From contig CAYOXN010000003.1 of assembly GCA_964407965.1 (NCBI GenBank), positions 1 through 30,194 on the forward strand: DNA of 30,194 nucleotides, given 5' to 3'. A model generated the notes under the pieces. The model was given only the letters and a program-made list of their open reading frames with translations. It had not been told where the DNA came from and searched no databases. The translations under genes and the position numbers were made by a program. Positions 25,345-30,194 of this stretch are shown here, in pieces (positions within the stretch are counted from its first letter, which is position 1; each line of letters opens with the position of its first letter). Origin of the DNA: an uncultured Candidatus Saccharibacteria bacterium (GTDB lineage Bacteria > Patescibacteriota > Doudnabacteria > UBA920).

Positions 25345-28125
25345 TCAATACCCCCAAACCAAGTCACCTTTTTGGGTTGAGACTTTGAGCAGGATAAGGC
25401 CGGAGAGGGTCTTTTTTATTTTGCCGGTTTGGTCTTTGCCCACGAGCGTGGTTTTGCCTAAGGCATAGAAGCCTAAAATATCAAAATCTTTATTGGATTT
25501 AACTTGCTGGGTCAAGAGAAGTACGTTGCCTTTCTTATCAAAAAGCCAGTCAAAATGCAGTTGGGCTTTGCTTAAATTGGCAGCTATGCCATTGTAGGTT
25601 AATGACTTTATGTCTGCGCTTAGGTTTCTTTTTCTGTCCTTACCTTGGAAGGTTAAAACCGTAACATTGCCGGCAGAGTCGGTGGCGGGTATGGTATCAT
25701 TTTTATCGGATATTTTTGGATGTTTATACTTAAGTTGTTTGGTTGTAGGTGTGGATGTTAAAACGGTAGCCAACGTGTCGGTAGCAGTAAAAACCAAATC
25801 TTGGTCCTTTGGGCTAAACTGCATTATTAATTCCGGAGCTGTGGCATCTATTACAAATTCCAAGGTTTTAGGCTCTTCATTGTTGCCTGCTTTGTCGGTG
25901 GCAAAAAAAGTTAAGGTGTGCAGGCCTTCTGCTGTTACCGTAAGGGAAGTGGGGTACGTTGTCGTGGTGGTTGTAGCTTGGCCATTCAGACTGTAGGAAA
26001 TACCCAAAACCCCGGAAGCAGCCTCAGGATTATTCTGGTCTTGGCTATCTTCGGCAAACAAAGTTAGTTTGACGCTACTTCGGTAAAAACCAGGTTCACC
26101 CATAAGGCCGGTAAGTGTTGAGGTGGAAACGGGGGCTAGGACATCTTGGGCTTGTTCGGCATTCAATATCGCAGAAGGGGTTACAGCTTTGTCTACCGAG
26201 CCATCACCATTTGTATCTAATAATAAATTTGTATTACCTCCTGGTTGTTCCTGTACCGTAGCTACGAGTTTGGTTGTTACTGGGAGATTGCTAAAAACCC
26301 TAGCCTCAGCAGATTGACTGTCGTTTATATCTTGGCTAATAAACGTAAAAGTACCCGTAGCTGTACCTTTAAGCTGGATGTTAAAGTCGCCTTCTTCGGG
26401 TAAATACATGAACTTATGGTCACCAAAAACGTCCAAGCTGGCATTGGGGATACTATTGTAGGTGCTGCCGTCTTCGGCTATGCCTAGGCTATTGCCTTGA
26501 TTATCGGTAACTTGGAAATTAATGGGACTATAAATGGCATAGGCTTTACCGTTAAGTTTGCATTGGGCAATGTCTTGGGTAATAACACTTCCCACCGGAA
26601 GACTAGATCCAGTTAGAATATTGGTAATCTGCTCCTTTATACCGTCTTGGCTCATCATGCTAGAATGGTCCGCATTTAAAGCATAATATTTCTTACCCTG
26701 GTCCACCGGCACATTGGTAGCACTTTCCAAAGGCACGGTACCGTCCCCTGGTGCATAAATGGGTTTTTTGTAATTGATTATATTTCTCTTTAGTATATCT
26801 TCGTGTTGTTCTTCATTTATTTGCACAATACTCCCCTCTTTACAACCTACTAAATTGTATATATCTACCCCTGCGGTCCTTAAGTCATAATTATCAAATT
26901 CCGAAGAATGAATTTGCTGGGCGTTGTCTAGGGCGGTAGTATTTATTAATCCCAAAGCGTTTAAATGTGCCCACGAGTCTTCAAAGTTTAATTCTTGATT
27001 AGTGTCGTTTAGTGGGTGAAAGAAACTGGAATGTGTAATATGGTAAAAACTACCTTTCTTATCAAAATATGTTTGAGATGGGGCAAGGTCATACACTACA
27101 GGCAGGTTTTTGGAGAGTTTTTTCATTTCTCCGTCGGCAAGCCAAGGTATTTTGAAACCATCTCCTACTGTTAATACTTTTATGGCTTTAGGTGCTCCTG
27201 TATTAGGTACCCCCACAAATACGGCTTTGTCTATATGGTGGGAGGTTGGATTATCCATTACATACTTCTTAACTAAAAGACCGCCCGTACTGTGGGCAAT
27301 AACGTTTACTTTGCCCGCATTACGACCGGCCTCGGTCTGGTTTAAGATATATTCTATTTGTCCTTTTAAATGGTCTATATTGGTCGTACCATCCGGCTCC
27401 TTCCCACTCACCCCATACCGCCAGTCATATGGGAAAGTAAACAAATCCGTACCTTCAGTATACCCTTGAGCCGTAAGCGTGGTTAGAAGTCCTAATGTGT
27501 AATCAAAAATTATTTTTCTACCTCTGATTACCCCGCCAACTTTGATGGATTGGTTATCAGAACTTAAATCAGCTTTAAAACTTAGAACATCCATAAAATC
27601 ATCTCCAAAATCTCCCGCCATTCTATCTAAATTTAACCATATTGTTTCATTACCTAAAAGCAAATCAGAACCCGTTACACCGGGAATAATAAGTATAGGG
27701 GTTTTACTAACCTTTTTTGTTACATTAAGATCACAAGTAACATTATTATAAGGACTGGTCAAAAATCCTAAACTAGGTTCCATTTTATAAAAATAAAAAG
27801 CTGGGTCTGTACCGACACAACTTGTACTATCTAAGTCCCAAGACCAACCATTAGTATCTTGCATTTCTATAAAGTAACTCGCTCCTAGGCCAGCAGGTGC
27901 ATTATAAACTATTTGACCGTGTTGAGATACAGTTGTTACAGCCTTATTTTGATTAAAAAATCTGGAAGGATTGTACCCTGAAAAATTAAAAGTGAGAGTA
28001 TCATCGGAACCAGTAGACAGAGTAATGTTTAAAGTTAAATTCACATAAGGAGCTATCATGATGGCTCGTACCACTGAAGGTAACAAAAAACCCATCACTA
28101 ATAGAATTATAAATACGTTTTTCAT
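25345..28125 (-). CDS. Secreted alpha/beta-hydrolase (LCAT/phospholipase A2 group XV-like) with C-terminal beta-rich/Ig-like domains
   Basis: Signal-peptide-like N-terminus; PILIIPGVTGS, FPYDWR, IAHSTGG nucleophile elbow, GVPNTGAPKA, GDGTVP, DHSSM; C-terminal EGLHTLTFFATDKAGNNE repeat-type motif. Confidence 0.8.
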   Translation of the reverse strand: MKNVFIILLVMGFLLPSVVRAIMIAPYVNLTLNITLSTGSDDTLTFNFSGYNPSRFFNQNKAVTTVSQHGQIVYNAPAGLGASYFIEMQDTNGWSWDLDSTSCVGTDPAFYFYKMEPSLGFLTSPYNNVTCDLNVTKKVSKTPILIIPGVTGSDLLLGNETIWLNLDRMAGDFGDDFMDVLSFKADLSSDNQSIKVGGVIRGRKIIFDYTLGLLTTLTAQGYTEGTDLFTFPYDWRYGVSGKEPDGTTNIDHLKGQIEYILNQTEAGRNAGKVNVIAHSTGGLLVKKYVMDNPTSHHIDKAVFVGVPNTGAPKAIKVLTVGDGFKIPWLADGEMKKLSKNLPVVYDLAPSQTYFDKKGSFYHITHSSFFHPLNDTNQELNFEDSWAHLNALGLINTTALDNAQQIHSSEFDNYDLRTAGVDIYNLVGCKEGSIVQINEEQHEDILKRNIINYKKPIYAPGDGTVPLESATNVPVDQGKKYYALNADHSSMMSQDGIKEQITNILTGSSLPVGSVITQDIAQCKLNGKAYAIYSPINFQVTDNQGNSLGIAEDGSTYNSIPNASLDVFGDHKFMYLPEEGDFNIQLKGTATGTFTFISQDINDSQSAEARVFSNLPVTTKLVATVQEQPGGNTNLLLDTNGDGSVDKAVTPSAILNAEQAQDVLAPVSTSTLTGLMGEPGFYRSSVKLTLFAEDSQDQNNPEAASGVLGISYSLNGQATTTTTTYPTSLTVTAEGLHTLTFFATDKAGNNEEPKTLEFVIDATAPELIMQFSPKDQDLVFTATDTLATVLTSTPTTKQLKYKHPKISDKNDTIPATDSAGNVTVLTFQGKDRKRNLSADIKSLTYNGIAANLSKAQLHFDWLFDKKGNVLLLTQQVKSNKDFDILGFYALGKTTLVGKDQTGKIKKTLSGLILLKVSTQKGDLVWGY

Positions 28126-28129
28126 AAAT

Positions 28130-28477
28130 TTAAAACCCTATACCATGGCGGAATGAATAAATTACGTACATTGCCAAAAATATAGCTAAGGATATCAAAG
28201 AAAAAATAATGCTTAAAATCAACAACCACCTTCGATAATTTCGGTTGATATAAGTAAAATAAACAATACTTAAAGCTCCTAATAACTGGACCAATAAAAC
28301 TACCAGCCAACTTACTGTACTTTTTCCTGTGGTTAAGAAATTCTCCCTAAACACTGGGCTGTCAATTTGTGAATTATATAGACTCTGCATCAAATTAACC
28401 AAAGGACTCCACAATATTTCAGGTATTATAAACATTCCCAAACCTACCCATAGCCATATTTTTTGTAATTTTGTCAT
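28130..28477 (-). CDS. Small membrane protein (about 3 TM), hypothetical
   Basis: 115 aa hydrophobic ORF; stop 4 nt before the lipase ATG. Confidence 0.75.
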   Translation of the reverse strand: MTKLQKIWLWVGLGMFIIPEILWSPLVNLMQSLYNSQIDSPVFRENFLTTGKSTVSWLVVLLVQLLGALSIVYFTYINRNYRRWLLILSIIFSLISLAIFLAMYVIYSFRHGIGF

Positions 28478-28505
28478 TTGTTTCTAAAAGTTAATATTTG
28501 CCTTA

Positions 28506-28533
28506 AATATAACACTTTTTCCTTAGTTGTCAA
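28506..28533 (-). promoter_or_regulatory. Putative sigma70 promoter
   Basis: TTGACA-N16-TATATT, 28 nt upstream of ATG 28477. Confidence 0.55.
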
Positions 28534-28567
28534 ATTGTAAATTTATTTGGTATACAATGAACCAAAA

Positions 28568-28601
28568 TTAGCATTTTTTCACATATGTGAAAAAATGCTA
28601 A
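28568..28601. repeat. Perfect palindrome, copy 6 (34 bp, TTAGC-arm type)
   Basis: TTAGCATTTTTTCACATATGTGAAAAAATGCTAA; the right flank continues GAATTAAA as in copy 4, while the left flank has diverged. Confidence 0.97.
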
Positions 28602-28638
28602 GAATTAAATAACAAAAATTTTTACAGTGCAATTATAG

Positions 28639-29511
28639 TTAGTGGGTGTATATGACATTAAAATACCCGGTGGTGTTGTCGGGTATGCCGGTAAAGTCGT
28701 ATGAGTTTGCGTGGTCCAAATATCCTAGCTGGGCTTTTTGTGCTTGGACAAATGCCAAGGTAAACGCCAAACTGGCTGGGGAATCTACTTGTTCAAGCTG
28801 TATGACCCCGGTTTCCATACTCTTTAACTGCTTTTCGGTGCGTGCGTCTATACCATTTGCTTTTTGCACGTTTTGGTAATGTGAAAAATCGGTGCTGCAT
28901 ATAACCACCGCATTTGGGAAAAGCCTAGCCAACTCCCGCGCGAGTGTGGCTGCATCGGATTGGGAAGCTGCGGAACTGAACAAAACCGGGACTAGGGTTG
29001 AATTGGGGAAATATGTTTTTATAAACGTTGCTTGCACCCCAATTGAATGTTCGTTTTTAAAACAACCATCCTCTTCGTTTACCCCCAACGCGACTATATT
29101 TTCGGCAAGCCCGAGGTCGTTCTTCAACTCCCCTGCTGGGGTTACAAAGTTTTTTTTAGTGGTGGTTACTTTAGCACTACATTGTTCAAAATGGTCAGGA
29201 CCCACGACTACAAAGGTGCCTATGTCGGGGTTTTGCTGTTTAAGTTTGGAATACATTTCGTGTATAAACTTTTCGGCTGTGGGCAAATGATGCGAGGTAA
29301 TGGCAGCCACCGGCCGGCCCGGCGTAGAACCCGCGGTTTTAATTTCAGGCATGTGCAGGGTGTGGGCAGAATAGTCTATAAACTGGGAGACGGGCTGGCT
29401 CTCCACCAGGGGTTGTGGTTTATTCGTATACCCATGCCAAAACCGCGATCCGGTCAAAAGGATCGCGATTAGCGCTATAAGTATGGCAACACCCTTTACT
29501 AGCTTGGACAT
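28639..29511 (-). CDS. MEMO1-family (AmmeMemoRadiSam system protein B-like) protein with N-terminal membrane anchor
   Basis: ITSHHL, VVGPDHF, NEHSIGVQ..FIK, STDFSHY; hydrophobic N-terminus. Confidence 0.85.
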   Translation of the reverse strand: MSKLVKGVAILIALIAILLTGSRFWHGYTNKPQPLVESQPVSQFIDYSAHTLHMPEIKTAGSTPGRPVAAITSHHLPTAEKFIHEMYSKLKQQNPDIGTFVVVGPDHFEQCSAKVTTTKKNFVTPAGELKNDLGLAENIVALGVNEEDGCFKNEHSIGVQATFIKTYFPNSTLVPVLFSSAASQSDAATLARELARLFPNAVVICSTDFSHYQNVQKANGIDARTEKQLKSMETGVIQLEQVDSPASLAFTLAFVQAQKAQLGYLDHANSYDFTGIPDNTTGYFNVIYTH

Positions 29512-29517
29512 ACGGGA

Positions 29518-30194
29518 TTATTTTTGGGGCAAGACAATGGGTTTACCTGAATTACTCGGAGGCACAATTCTTATGTCCTGGCTTTCACTTACATTTAAAC
29601 TGTCGTAATTTACCAACGACTGGATAAGGCTGGGGTTGGCATTAAATTCTCCCTTACTGGCGGCTCGGGCATAATACTCAATGGTATTAACCGGACACAA
29701 ACTGGAAGAATTAGCGTTATGGTAGGCTGAGAAATATACGACATTGCCTTCCACTGCCAGCGGGAACCCGCGTTGGGTACACCGTGCCCAATTATACGTC
29801 AACCCGCGCTGCCACAAATATGAAATGGGTTTCAAGCCGCTCGGCAAATAGTCCACAACTTGGTATCCGCCGTCTATGGCATTTGCATTCATGGTAAATT
29901 CCAACCTCACCAGTACCGTGGAACCCTCTTCAAAAGTAGTCACCTGCCTGCCGTTTACCCAATAGGTACGCTTAACCGAAAGGTCAGTGTTTTTTGCCAA
30001 CGCATTCGGGTCTTTATACTCATTTAACACCGCTATGGCGACGGGCTTGCCTTGAATGCCGCTAAACGTTATGGAATGTAACTCGTCGGCATAAAACCTC
30101 AGCGTGGTTGAACGGCCGCGTTCCAAAGTAACTTTGTTGGTTTTGCCATTTACCTCGTAAGTGAACTCCGCAGATTCGGTATTTAACCTGCCTA
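29518..30194 (-). CDS. C-terminus of a bacterial alpha-2-macroglobulin-like protein (MG10-like domain); 5' truncated
   Basis: Frame is open to the window edge (GRLNTESAEF...); LSVKRTY, VLVRLEF, VVDYLPSGLKP, IEYYARAASKGEF.A.P. Confidence 0.75.
   Translation of the reverse strand, partial: GRLNTESAEFTYEVNGKTNKVTLERGRSTTLRFYADELHSITFSGIQGKPVAIAVLNEYKDPNALAKNTDLSVKRTYWVNGRQVTTFEEGSTVLVRLEFTMNANAIDGGYQVVDYLPSGLKPISYLWQRGLTYNWARCTQRGFPLAVEGNVVYFSAYHNANSSSLCPVNTIEYYARAASKGEFNANPSLIQSLVNYDSLNVSESQDIRIVPPSNSGKPIVLPQK

Noticed and set aside
1732-28601. Palindromes as a CRISPR array
   Set aside because: Copies are 0.7-20 kb apart with whole genes between them; no regular 30-40 bp spacers, leader or cas1.
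1-30194. rRNA, tRNA or transposase genes
   Set aside because: No cloverleaf, rRNA-like sequence or DDE/HUH transposase motifs recognised by eye; tRNAscan/Infernal/ISEScan would be needed to exclude them formally.

Overview
Gene-dense bacterial window, almost all on the minus strand. Gene content and intergenic style suggest Patescibacteria/CPR (inference). The core (about 4.1-24.5 kb, plus a truncated DegT/RfbH-like gene at the left edge) is a surface-polysaccharide cluster: gmd, a fused ColD-like dehydratase/GDP-fucose(colitose) synthase, a fused RfbF/RfbG-like protein, a class I aminotransferase, a ThDP carboligase (YerE-like), NAD epimerases, a flippase and several glycosyltransferases. 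The right end encodes a secreted LCAT-like lipase, a MEMO1-like protein and the C-terminus of an alpha-2-macroglobulin-like protein. The most unusual signal is six intergenic copies of a perfect 34-44 bp palindrome (invariant core ATTTTTTCACATATGTGAAAAAAT). They separate accessory gene modules, and two copies, as a 47-bp exact direct repeat, tightly bracket a PaaX-like wHTH/Cas2-like-domain gene. A second modular structure is a pair of plus-strand genes with matching promoters and a duplicated 44-45 bp terminator repeat inside the cluster. No rRNA, tRNA, CRISPR array, integrase or transposase was recognised. All calls come from reading motifs by eye; no database search was run.
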